Shown: positions 35,810-45,035 of the stretch, one piece after another
Layout of the letters: each line of letters starts with the position of its first letter
Numbering within the stretch: position 1 is the first letter of the stretch
DNA from: Lentihominibacter sp.
GTDB taxonomy: Bacteria > Bacillota > Clostridia > Peptostreptococcales > Anaerovoracaceae
DNA: 64,000 bases
Reading direction: 5' to 3'
NCBI GenBank assembly: GCA_051882875.1
Contig: JBJESQ010000043.1
Coordinates: forward strand, 7,284 to 71,283
Position numbers and translations under genes: made by a program
Notes under the pieces: model-generated
The model's input: the letters and a program-made list of their open reading frames with translations, nothing else
Databases searched by the model: none
What the model was told of the DNA's origin: nothing

Positions 35810-35970
35810 CCGGTCCTCGCTGAACCTGTCTGCGCACTTTTTTTATCAAAAACAAGCAAGCAATTATATGAATTTAAAGAGATTCAGACAAGTCTAAAAG
35901 AATTAAATCCGTATAACTTCAATAAAAAAAGTGCGCAGGCAAGTCCAACTAAAACCATTTCTTCAGTAAG

Positions 35971-36057
35971 ACTCCTTCGCACACCGGCAGGCAGCAGAAT
36001 CGCTCCCGCTACCCTATCGTCCCTGACGGCTGCTTGAGTCAGACAGGGATCGGAGAT
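35971..36057 (-). ncRNA. Moco-family riboswitch lacking P3, upstream copy of a tandem pair
   Basis: Minus strand ATCTCCGATCCCTG...CAGGGACGATAGGGTAGCGGGAGCGATTCTGCTGCCTGCCGGTGTGCGAAGGAGT, with P1 CTCC/GGAG and a GCGA tetraloop. Confidence 0.75.
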
Positions 36058-36082
36058 ATATTCATTTTTCAAAACCATCCTA

Positions 36083-36111
36083 ATTGTATAATTACATCCT
36101 TTCTTTGTCAA
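36083..36111 (-). promoter_or_regulatory. Sigma-A promoter TTGACA-N17-TACAAT driving the tandem-riboswitch AOR2 leader
   Basis: Near-consensus hexamers with 17-bp spacing, about 25 nt upstream of the first aptamer. Confidence 0.75.
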
Positions 36112-36267
36112 TGGTTTAATAGGTAATGATGCAGTTACGCACAGTCAATTATCTCTTTTTCTTGACTACACCCACAAAAACTGTTTAAAATATAAGAGCG
36201 TATAATTTCAATACACAAAGCAAGCAAATTATAACTTAATACCTATCAATCAAAAACGGAGGCAATT

Positions 36268-39222
36268 ATGAATTTAAAGAAGATGACTCTGAACATTAAC
36301 GGTGCCGACCGTATGTTCATCTGTGATCCTGCCAAAGACACCCTTACTGACGTGCTGCGTCGTCTGGGCCTGACCGGAACGAAGGTCGGCTGCGGAATGG
36401 GCGCCTGCGGCGCATGCTCGGTAATTCTCGAAGGCAAGGTAATCAGATCCTGTACACGCAAAATCTCAAAGGTTGAAGAGTACTCGAAGGTAACCACAAT
36501 CGAAGGAATCGGAAGCGTGAACTATCCGCATCCGCTCCAGAGCCTGTGGGTAGCTTTCGGTGCCGTACAGTGCGGATTCTGCGTTCCCGGATTTATCGTT
36601 TCCTCTTATCAGCTTTTGCAGGATAATCCTAATCCTACAAGAGAAGATGTAAGAGACTGGTTCCAGAAGCACAGAAATGTCTGCAGATGTACAGGCTACA
36701 AGCACATCGTTGACGCAGTAATGGCTGCAGCTGAGGTTCTCAGAGGCGAGAAGACTGTTGAAGACTTCAGATATGACTGGTCAAAGGACATCGGTGATTT
36801 CTACGGCAAGCCGCTTGAAAGGCCTAATGCGCTGCCTAAGGCCTGCGGAGTATGTGACTACGGTGACGACATCGAGCTTCACATGCCTGCAGAAACTCTG
36901 AAGGTTGCTCTGGTTCAGCCAAGAATCACATCCCACGCAATCATTAAGAAAATCGATATGTCAGAAGCAGAGAAGATGCCTGGTGTTTACAGGATCATCA
37001 CTGCAGAAGATGCAAAGGCAGCCGGCTGCACAAACAAGCTAATGACTTATGCATTCTCAGCAAGAACTGTTGAGCTTGAACAGTGCCACCACATTCTGGC
37101 TGACGGCAAGATTCTGTACTACGGTGATGTAGTAGCTCTCGTCTGTGCAGATACAAGAGAGCACGCAGAAGCAGCTGCTGCAGCAGTAAAGGTTGAAATC
37201 GAACCGCTGCCTGAATACATGAGCTATCTGGAAGCAGTAACACCGGATGCCAGGAACATCCACGACTGGCTTCCTGATACATACGGCAAAAACATCTATT
37301 CACAGCTTCCTGTTCTGAAGGGTGACTATGAACATATTCCTGAGCTTATTGATGAAGCCGCTTACTCGGTTGAAGGCTCATTCTACTCATCAAGAGAACC
37401 TCACATGTCAATCGAAGGCGACGTTATGCAGGGATATTATGATGAAGACGACAACCTCTGCATCCACTGCAAGACAATGACACTCTACTTCGACAGAGAC
37501 GACATGGCAGAAGCTATCGGAATCGATGTTGATAAGCTGAGAGTTATCGAGAACCCTACAGGCGGATCCTTCGGATGGGCAATGAGTGCTCACACATATT
37601 CAATGATCGGTATTGCTGTAAGAGTAACAGGAATGCCTTGCTCACTGTCAATGGATTGGGATCAGTTCATGGCAGTATCAGGTAAGCGCTCACCGACCTA
37701 CTTCAACGGCAGACTGGCCTGCGATGCTGACGGAATGTTCCTGGCAGGTGAATTCGAAGCAGGCCTTGACCACGGTCCTTTCACAGAGCTGGGGGATGAC
37801 AAGCTGACCAAGCTTTCAAGATTCATGTTCTATCCTTACTACATACCAAATGCAGCAGGTCTCTCAAGAGTTGCCTACACTAACCATTCATTCGGTACAG
37901 CATACAGAGGATACGGAGCTCCACAGGCTTACACCTGCTCAGAGGCTCTGGTTGATATGCTTGCAGAAGAAGCCGGTATCGATCCATTTGAAATCAGATA
38001 TAAGAATATAGCAAGACTGGGACAGGATAACGTTAACCAGTATCCATATCTCCACTACCCAATGGAAGAAATGATGGATGCACTGAAGCCTGTATATGAC
38101 GAGAAAAAGGCAGAGGTTGAAGCATGGAACGCTGAACACGACGACGTTAAGAAGGGCGTTGGTCTGGCTTGGGGCGGATACAACGTTGGCCTCGGTGCAG
38201 TTGACGAAGCCCATGTAGCCATCGAGCTCATGCCTGACGGAACCTTCAGAAAGTATGACACATGGCAGGATCAGGGTCAGGGCGGCGACCAGGGATCACT
38301 CATCTGTACTCTGGAAGCACTGAAGCCTTACTTCCCTAACCTGACACCTAACGACATCAAGCTGATTCAGACCGACTCCAAGTACTGTCCTAACACAGGT
38401 GAGTCTGCAGGTTCAAGATCACACTATGCCAACGGCAAGGCTTCCATCGTAGCTGCCAAGAACATTGCCGATGCTATGAGAAAGCCTGACGGCACATACA
38501 GAACATATGACGAGATGGTTGCAGAAGGCATCCCTACAAGATATCAGGGTGACTGGGCAACTACTGACGAATACAGCTACTTCTACGATCTGGATCCTAA
38601 CGATGGTTCAGGTAACCCTACATACACTTACACTTATGCACTGTTCCTGGCTACAGTTGACGTAGACATGAAGACAGGCAAGGCTAAGTGCACAGGTATG
38701 ACATGCGTTGACTGGATTGGCAAGCCTGGCAACATTCAGGCTGTTGAAGGCCAGATTTACGGCGGAATGTCACACGCCATCGGCTTCGCCCTCAGCGAAG
38801 ACTATGAGGACGTTAAGAGGCACTCCAACATGGCAGCTGCAGGCGTTCCTTATATCAAGGACGTTCCTGACTATCCTGACTTCAATTACATCCATATTGA
38901 CGGTGTTGACCCTCGTGGACCTTTCGGTTCATCCGGAGCCTCCGAGGCATTCCAGTCATCAGACCATATGGCTGTAATCAACGCAATTAACAATGCCTGC
39001 GGCGTTCGTATCTACGAGCTGCCTGCAAGACCTGAAAAGATTAAGGCAGGCATTGAGGCTCTCGCCAAGGGTGAGCCTAACCCTAACAAGCCTGAAAAGT
39101 ACTTCCTGGGTAATGATATGTATGATGCTCTTGAAGACATTAAGGCTAATCCTCTTGATCCATCAAAGCCTGAAGATGTTGAATTCGGCGATCTGGGCGA
39201 AGAAGGAATCAGCTGGAAATAA
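36268..39222 (+). CDS. Molybdopterin-dependent aldehyde oxidoreductase (Mop, xanthine oxidase family) 1
   Basis: 2Fe-2S motifs GTKVGCGMGACGAC, QCGFC and RCTGY. Moco-domain motifs NPTGGSFG, AYRGYG, DQGQG and GPFGSSGASE. Confidence 0.95.
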   Translation: MNLKKMTLNINGADRMFICDPAKDTLTDVLRRLGLTGTKVGCGMGACGACSVILEGKVIRSCTRKISKVEEYSKVTTIEGIGSVNYPHPLQSLWVAFGAVQCGFCVPGFIVSSYQLLQDNPNPTREDVRDWFQKHRNVCRCTGYKHIVDAVMAAAEVLRGEKTVEDFRYDWSKDIGDFYGKPLERPNALPKACGVCDYGDDIELHMPAETLKVALVQPRITSHAIIKKIDMSEAEKMPGVYRIITAEDAKAAGCTNKLMTYAFSARTVELEQCHHILADGKILYYGDVVALVCADTREHAEAAAAAVKVEIEPLPEYMSYLEAVTPDARNIHDWLPDTYGKNIYSQLPVLKGDYEHIPELIDEAAYSVEGSFYSSREPHMSIEGDVMQGYYDEDDNLCIHCKTMTLYFDRDDMAEAIGIDVDKLRVIENPTGGSFGWAMSAHTYSMIGIAVRVTGMPCSLSMDWDQFMAVSGKRSPTYFNGRLACDADGMFLAGEFEAGLDHGPFTELGDDKLTKLSRFMFYPYYIPNAAGLSRVAYTNHSFGTAYRGYGAPQAYTCSEALVDMLAEEAGIDPFEIRYKNIARLGQDNVNQYPYLHYPMEEMMDALKPVYDEKKAEVEAWNAEHDDVKKGVGLAWGGYNVGLGAVDEAHVAIELMPDGTFRKYDTWQDQGQGGDQGSLICTLEALKPYFPNLTPNDIKLIQTDSKYCPNTGESAGSRSHYANGKASIVAAKNIADAMRKPDGTYRTYDEMVAEGIPTRYQGDWATTDEYSYFYDLDPNDGSGNPTYTYTYALFLATVDVDMKTGKAKCTGMTCVDWIGKPGNIQAVEGQIYGGMSHAIGFALSEDYEDVKRHSNMAAAGVPYIKDVPDYPDFNYIHIDGVDPRGPFGSSGASEAFQSSDHMAVINAINNACGVRIYELPARPEKIKAGIEALAKGEPNPNKPEKYFLGNDMYDALEDIKANPLDPSKPEDVEFGDLGEEGISWK

Positions 39223-39262
39223 TCCGGATTACCTTACCGGATTGCTTATGCATCAGTTGGCA

Positions 39263-39299
39263 AAGACCGCGCAGACAAATGACCTGCGCGGTCTTTTAT
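39263..39299 (+). terminator. Intrinsic terminator after Mop1
   Basis: AAGACCGCGCAG-loop-CTGCGCGGTCTT followed by TTAT. Confidence 0.7.
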
Positions 39300-39353
39300 G
39301 ATATAATTCAGTTATCAGATAAAACACTGTTTCTTATTTACAAGCAAGCAATC

Positions 39354-41681
39354 ATGAAAGAAGTAAGAGATTTTTATAACCGGTTCGACACATGCCGTGA
39401 GCGCGACATTCCTCTGTGCTCCGAGGCATGCCCCTTTAAGGTTGACATTATTCCTCTGATGGAGCGAATCACTGCAGGGCGGTTTAATGCCGCCTACAAA
39501 GCATATCGCGACAATGTTGTTTTCCCGGGAATAGTCTCGGAAATCTGTCCGGGATATTGCCGAGACGCCTGCATTCGCAAAGGCTTCGATGAGGCTCTTA
39601 ATCTGCCTCTAATTGAAAAATCCATCATTGGACTGGCTTCCCGCCGTCAGCCGAATTCCTACAATCTTCCCGATAGAAGCGAGAAGGTTGCCGTCATCGG
39701 CAGCGGTATCAGCGGTATGGCCTTTGCTCTTAAAATGGCAACGCGAAAATATGATGTTACCATCTTCGAAAAGGAAGCTTCCATTGGGGGCCGTCTTAAG
39801 AGCCTTATGGATGAATCCATCTATATGGGAGAGTTTGACCTCCAGTTCTCAAACGAGAAATACACTCTTCTTTGCAGCACTGAAGCACAGGTTGACATCT
39901 CAAACGGTGCTGTTACAGCCGTAACGGGAGGCCAGGCACAGCGTTTTGAAGATTTCTCAGTTGTATATGTAGCTACAGGCGCGGAAACCTCACCGGACAT
40001 TGAAGCCGGAAGCCCGCCGTTTATTGAGGCGGGAAATACCGGAATCTTCTATGGCGGCAGCATGCTGGGATCAGATACGATGCACGCCCTTGTTGACGGA
40101 ATAAAGGCATCCGCTATTGCGGATTCCTATATGAAAACAGGCATTTATGAAGCGCCCGAAGCGCCGGAGCCTTCCGGCTGCGTAGCGAACGAGGATATGC
40201 TGGTGCCGACGGAAACCGTCCATCCTGCAGCTACCATATACAGCGAAGAGGAATGCAGGGAGGAAGCCTCCCGCTGCATCAAATGCAAATGCGATGCCTG
40301 CGAGAGCAGCTGCGACCTGGTCAGATTCTATAAAAAGTGGCCGATAAAAATGCGTGACGAGATTTTTCTCTCAGTGAAGCCTGCCGGCTCCCTGGTTCAC
40401 AAATGTCCCTCCAGGAAATACATTGCAGCCTGCACCCAGTGCACCATGCTGGAGAACGCATGCCCTGAGTCGATAGATCTTTGCGGCATGATTAAATCTG
40501 CACGGCACGAGATGCACAATGTTGACAAGATGCCTGCTGCCTACAGGCAGTACTTCATGAGGGATATGGCCTTTGCAAACGGAGAATTCGCTAAAATTGT
40601 GAAGGGCGGCGGGAAATATGGCTTTTTCCCGGGGTGCAATCTTGGCGCGCTTAATCCTGAATACGTAATTAAGTCTTATAAATGGATTCTTCAGCAGTTC
40701 CCTGACACCGGGCTGCTGCTGAGGTGCTGCGGAATCCCTGCTGACTGGGCCGGAAACACTGAACGCCACATGGAGGAAATCAATCAGCTGCGGGCAGAGT
40801 GGACTGAAATGGGCAAGCCCGTTATCATTACAGCCTGCATGTCCTGTGACAAGCACCTGAGGGAATACCTTCCTGAAATAGAAACAGTGTCCCTTTATGA
40901 GCTGTATGCGGAGCACCTCAAGCTTCCGGATTCCCGCAGTCCTTCACAGGAATGCGTTGAAGCCCGTACCTTTACCGTATTTGACCCATGCTCCGCCAGG
41001 GGACTTGATTCAGTCCAGGAAGCGGTGCGGGATATTGCCGAGGCACATGGCATGAGAATTGATGAATTTCCGAAGAACGATCAGCACGGGTGCTGCGGTT
41101 ACGGAGGCCAGGGCAGCATAGCACAGCCTCTGTTTGCCAAGTATGTTACAGAGGAAAGGGCCTGCATGAGCGATAACCCCTATCTCGTTTACTGTTCCAA
41201 CTGCAGAGATGTTTTCAATGCAGAGGGCAAGGAGGCTATCCATATTCTCGATGTAATGTTTGATATTGATTCTGAGGGGACCGCTCCTGTACCCTCTCTT
41301 ACAGACAGGCGAAATAACAGAATAATTCTTAAGGAAGCATTGTTAAATGAAATCTGGAGTGAAGAAATGACAAATAAACCGGAGATTTCGAAATATCAGC
41401 TTGTCATGAAGGATGACATTCTCGCAAAGGCAGAAAGGCTCCGTATTCTGGAGGATGATATCTGCAATGTTATCGACCATGCTGAAACCACCGGAAGACG
41501 TACCCGCAGTCCGGAAACGGGACACTACAGAGCCTACAGGGAAATAGGGGCAATCACTCTCTGGGTGGAGTACGGCGCGGGAGAAGGAAACATCCGGGAG
41601 ATTCATAATATATATACTCACAGAATGCAGATAAAACTGGAGGCGGTATTCAATGGCAGGAAAACCGATGAGCAGGAGTAA
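39354..41681 (+). CDS. Pyridine nucleotide-disulfide oxidoreductase / Fe-S dicluster / CCG-domain partner of Mop, copy 1
   Basis: Start moved to ATG 39354 (MKEVRDF). CSEACP, GSGISG, CTQCTMLENACP, FFPGC and CCG motifs. Confidence 0.88.
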   Translation: MKEVRDFYNRFDTCRERDIPLCSEACPFKVDIIPLMERITAGRFNAAYKAYRDNVVFPGIVSEICPGYCRDACIRKGFDEALNLPLIEKSIIGLASRRQPNSYNLPDRSEKVAVIGSGISGMAFALKMATRKYDVTIFEKEASIGGRLKSLMDESIYMGEFDLQFSNEKYTLLCSTEAQVDISNGAVTAVTGGQAQRFEDFSVVYVATGAETSPDIEAGSPPFIEAGNTGIFYGGSMLGSDTMHALVDGIKASAIADSYMKTGIYEAPEAPEPSGCVANEDMLVPTETVHPAATIYSEEECREEASRCIKCKCDACESSCDLVRFYKKWPIKMRDEIFLSVKPAGSLVHKCPSRKYIAACTQCTMLENACPESIDLCGMIKSARHEMHNVDKMPAAYRQYFMRDMAFANGEFAKIVKGGGKYGFFPGCNLGALNPEYVIKSYKWILQQFPDTGLLLRCCGIPADWAGNTERHMEEINQLRAEWTEMGKPVIITACMSCDKHLREYLPEIETVSLYELYAEHLKLPDSRSPSQECVEARTFTVFDPCSARGLDSVQEAVRDIAEAHGMRIDEFPKNDQHGCCGYGGQGSIAQPLFAKYVTEERACMSDNPYLVYCSNCRDVFNAEGKEAIHILDVMFDIDSEGTAPVPSLTDRRNNRIILKEALLNEIWSEEMTNKPEISKYQLVMKDDILAKAERLRILEDDICNVIDHAETTGRRTRSPETGHYRAYREIGAITLWVEYGAGEGNIREIHNIYTHRMQIKLEAVFNGRKTDEQE

Positions 41682-41886
41682 AAGCTCCGGCAGCAAAATC
41701 GAAGAAAAGCTCATATGTGACAGGTGTAATGTGGAAATGGAAATGATTGAAGTTGCCTTCGATTACCTTTCCCGGAACTTTCGTCACAAGGTTCCCAGAT
41801 GCCCGGTATGCGGACAGGTATCTCTTCCCGAGGAACTTGTAACAGGCAAGATGGCTGATGTGGAATCACTTATAGAAGAAAAATAA
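41668..41886 (+). CDS. DVU_1557-like small Cys-containing protein
   Basis: LICDRCNVEM...FDYL...VPRCPVCGQV...GKMADVESLIEEK. Confidence 0.82.
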   Translation: MSRSKSSGSKIEEKLICDRCNVEMEMIEVAFDYLSRNFRHKVPRCPVCGQVSLPEELVTGKMADVESLIEEK

Positions 41887-42107
41887 CAGCATTATATTAG
41901 TAATAACAGTTGCGAGAATGAGATACCCCAACGGTTTTCGGATTTCTCGCAATTTTGTTATAATTTTTTGACAACTTTGTTGCCCTGCCGGTTTTGGCAA
42001 ACTTGCACAACTTTTGGAGTCTTGATAAAATATTCGTAGGTACGAGTCAATTTAAATTATATTATTCATGGCACATTTTTAAGTTCAATAATCAAACGGA
42101 GGTATTT

Positions 42108-44963
42108 ATGAATCTTAAAAAAATGACGCTGAAGATCAACGGTGCCGACCGTATGTTCATCTGCGATCCTGCCAAAGACACTCTTGCTGACGTTGTCAGA
42201 AGACTTGGTCTGACAGGAACGAAGGTTGGCTGCGGAATCGGTGTCTGCGGATCCTGTTCAGTTATTCTTAACGGTAAAGTAGTTCGCTCATGTACAAGAA
42301 AAATCTCAAAGATTGAGGAGTACAGCGAAGTAACAACCATCGAAGGCATTGGTCAGCCTAACTTCCTGCACCCGCTGCAGCTGGCATTCATGCACCACGG
42401 CGCAGTTCAGTGCGGATTCTGCATTCCCGGATTTATTGTTTCGGCATACGCCCTGCTCCAGGAAAACCCCGATCCTACAAGAGAAGAAGTTCGTGACTGG
42501 TTCACCAAGCACAGAAACATCTGCAGATGTACAGGCTACAAGCAGATTGTTGACTCTGTAATGATTGCTGCCAAGTGCATGCGGGGTGAAATCACCATGG
42601 ATGAAATCGCTCACCCTGAACCTGAGGTTGGTGAATACTACGGCAAGCCGACCCTCAGACCTTGCGCTCTGGCAAGAGTATGCGGCGTAGAAGACTACGG
42701 CGATGATATCGAGCTGAAGATGCCGTCAGGCGTTCTTCACGCAGCAATGGTTCAGCCAAGACAGTACAGCCACGCTAAGGTTAAGAGCATCGACATTTCA
42801 GAAGCAGAAAAAATGCCGGGAGTTTACAAGATTGTTCTGGCTAAGGATGTTCAGGGAAGCAACAGACTGGCATTCTTCTCATTCACACCAAGAACTCTGG
42901 CAACAGAAAAAACTCACCATGTAATCGCTGAAGACAGGATTATGAACTACGGCGATATCGTTGCTGTGGCAGTTGCCGACACCAAGGACCACGCCAGAGC
43001 AGCTGCTGCGAAGGTAAAGGTCGAGCTTGAACCGCTGCCTGAATACAACAACTATCTTGATGCAGTAATGCCTGATGCCATGAGAATTCACGATGACCAC
43101 CCTAACATGTGGTGCGTGCAGCCTACAGTTAAGGGGGCAGGTCACGATATCGATCCTCTTATTGAGGAAGCACCTTATGTGGTTGAAGGCTCATTCTACT
43201 CACAGCGTGAACCACACGGAAACATCGAAGGTGACTGCGTTCAGGCCTACATGGGGGAGGACGGACTGCTTACCGTTCAGTGCAAGGCTATGGCCATCGG
43301 TGCCAACCTTACGGATATCGCAGAAGCAACCGGCCTTCCGGTTGAGAAAATCCGTGTAATCGAGAACCCTACAGGAGCATCCTTCGGATGGTCAACTGCA
43401 GGACTGACATTCGCACTTGCCGCAATCGTATGCCAGGCATGTGACGGAATGCCGATTGCACTTTCAATGTCATATCAGGAGCACATCGCTTACGCAGGCA
43501 AAAGAGCACCTTCATGGTCAAATTCAACTCTGGCATGTGACGAAAACGGTAAGATTATCGCTGCCAAGTGGGACTTCGGTCTCGACCACGGCGCTTACAA
43601 CGAGCTGGGTGACGACCTGACATGGAGACCTGCAAGATTCACATACTTCCCTTACAACGTGCCAAACGTTAAGGGTCTGTCGAGAGTTGCCACAACTAAC
43701 CACGCTTACGGATGCGCATACAGAGGCTACGGATCACCTCAGGCCTTCACCTGCTCAGAGGCAATGATGGACATGATGGCTGAGAAAATCGGCATGGATC
43801 CATTTGACATCCGTTACATCAACATCGCACGTGAGGGTGACACAAACGTCAATCAGAGACCTTTCAGAGAATATGTTCTTGAGGGCATGATGGACAGACT
43901 GAAGCCGCTTTATGAAGAGGCAAAGGCCCGCGCAAAGGCAGAGGACACTCCTGAGGTAAGACGCGGCGTAGGTATCGCTTGGGGCGGATACAATGTAACT
44001 GAAGGTTACGATGACCAGTGCACTCTGGGTATCGAAATCGCACCGAACGGCAAGTTCATCAAGTATGATACCTGGCAGGATGTAGGCCAGGGCGGCGATG
44101 CCGGTTCACTGGTTGTTACTCTGGAATGCCTGAAGGAGCTTGGCGTCAAGAAAGAAGATATCATTCTCAGACAGAATGACAGTATATACGGAGTTGACTC
44201 AGGTTCATCAGCATCATCACGTCAGCATTACATGAACACCAAGGCCTGCAAGATGGCATGCGACAAGCTGATAAATGCAATGAAGAAGCCTGACGGCACA
44301 TACAGAACATATGAAGAGATGGTTGCTGAAGGCATCCCTACAAGATACGATGCCCAGTACAAGAACCACACTGACCCTACCCTGTCATATCTTGATCCTA
44401 ACACCGGAGAAGGAGAGCCTACACCTGCATTCACATATGCACTGTTCATGGCAGAGGTTGCTGTAGAGGTTGCTACAGGTAAGACTACAGTGCTGAAATT
44501 CACCTGCATCGATGACGTGGGAGTAATCGGAAACCCTGTTTGTCTTGACGGACAGGCCTACGGCGGAATTGCTCACTCAATCGGATATGCTCTCTATGAG
44601 GACTACGAGGATGTTAAGAAGCAGAACAATATCCTGGGCTGCGGTATCGCAACAGCAAACATGCTGCCGGACGACATTGAACTGATTCACATCGAAACTC
44701 CAAGAAACACTTCACCGTTCGGTTCATCCGGCGGCTCTGAAGCATTCCAGTCAGGTGACCACATGGCAGTAATCAACGCCATCAATAACGCAACCGGACT
44801 TAGAGTTTACGAGCTGCCTGCATATCCTGAAAAGGTTAAGGCAGGTCTGGAAGCAATGGCTGCAGGTCAGAAGGACCCTCTCAAGCCGGAAAAATACTTC
44901 CTGGGTTCAGACTTCGACGAAGAGATGGAAAACATCAAAAACAATCCTGTTTACTTCGACTAA
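42108..44963 (+). CDS. Molybdopterin-dependent aldehyde oxidoreductase (Mop) 2
   Basis: Start moved to ATG 42108 (SD GGAGGT). Collinear paralog of Mop1 with the same 2Fe-2S and Moco motifs. Confidence 0.95.
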   Translation: MNLKKMTLKINGADRMFICDPAKDTLADVVRRLGLTGTKVGCGIGVCGSCSVILNGKVVRSCTRKISKIEEYSEVTTIEGIGQPNFLHPLQLAFMHHGAVQCGFCIPGFIVSAYALLQENPDPTREEVRDWFTKHRNICRCTGYKQIVDSVMIAAKCMRGEITMDEIAHPEPEVGEYYGKPTLRPCALARVCGVEDYGDDIELKMPSGVLHAAMVQPRQYSHAKVKSIDISEAEKMPGVYKIVLAKDVQGSNRLAFFSFTPRTLATEKTHHVIAEDRIMNYGDIVAVAVADTKDHARAAAAKVKVELEPLPEYNNYLDAVMPDAMRIHDDHPNMWCVQPTVKGAGHDIDPLIEEAPYVVEGSFYSQREPHGNIEGDCVQAYMGEDGLLTVQCKAMAIGANLTDIAEATGLPVEKIRVIENPTGASFGWSTAGLTFALAAIVCQACDGMPIALSMSYQEHIAYAGKRAPSWSNSTLACDENGKIIAAKWDFGLDHGAYNELGDDLTWRPARFTYFPYNVPNVKGLSRVATTNHAYGCAYRGYGSPQAFTCSEAMMDMMAEKIGMDPFDIRYINIAREGDTNVNQRPFREYVLEGMMDRLKPLYEEAKARAKAEDTPEVRRGVGIAWGGYNVTEGYDDQCTLGIEIAPNGKFIKYDTWQDVGQGGDAGSLVVTLECLKELGVKKEDIILRQNDSIYGVDSGSSASSRQHYMNTKACKMACDKLINAMKKPDGTYRTYEEMVAEGIPTRYDAQYKNHTDPTLSYLDPNTGEGEPTPAFTYALFMAEVAVEVATGKTTVLKFTCIDDVGVIGNPVCLDGQAYGGIAHSIGYALYEDYEDVKKQNNILGCGIATANMLPDDIELIHIETPRNTSPFGSSGGSEAFQSGDHMAVINAINNATGLRVYELPAYPEKVKAGLEAMAAGQKDPLKPEKYFLGSDFDEEMENIKNNPVYFD

Positions 44964-44981
44964 CAGAATCAATGTACAGTC

Positions 44982-45019
44982 GGAACCCGGGGCCGACGGA
45001 GGTTCCGGGTTCCTTTTTT
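44982..45019 (+). terminator. Intrinsic terminator after Mop2
   Basis: GGAACCCGG-loop-CCGGGTTCC followed by U6. Confidence 0.78.
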
Positions 45020-45035
45020 AAAACAGATAACAAAC

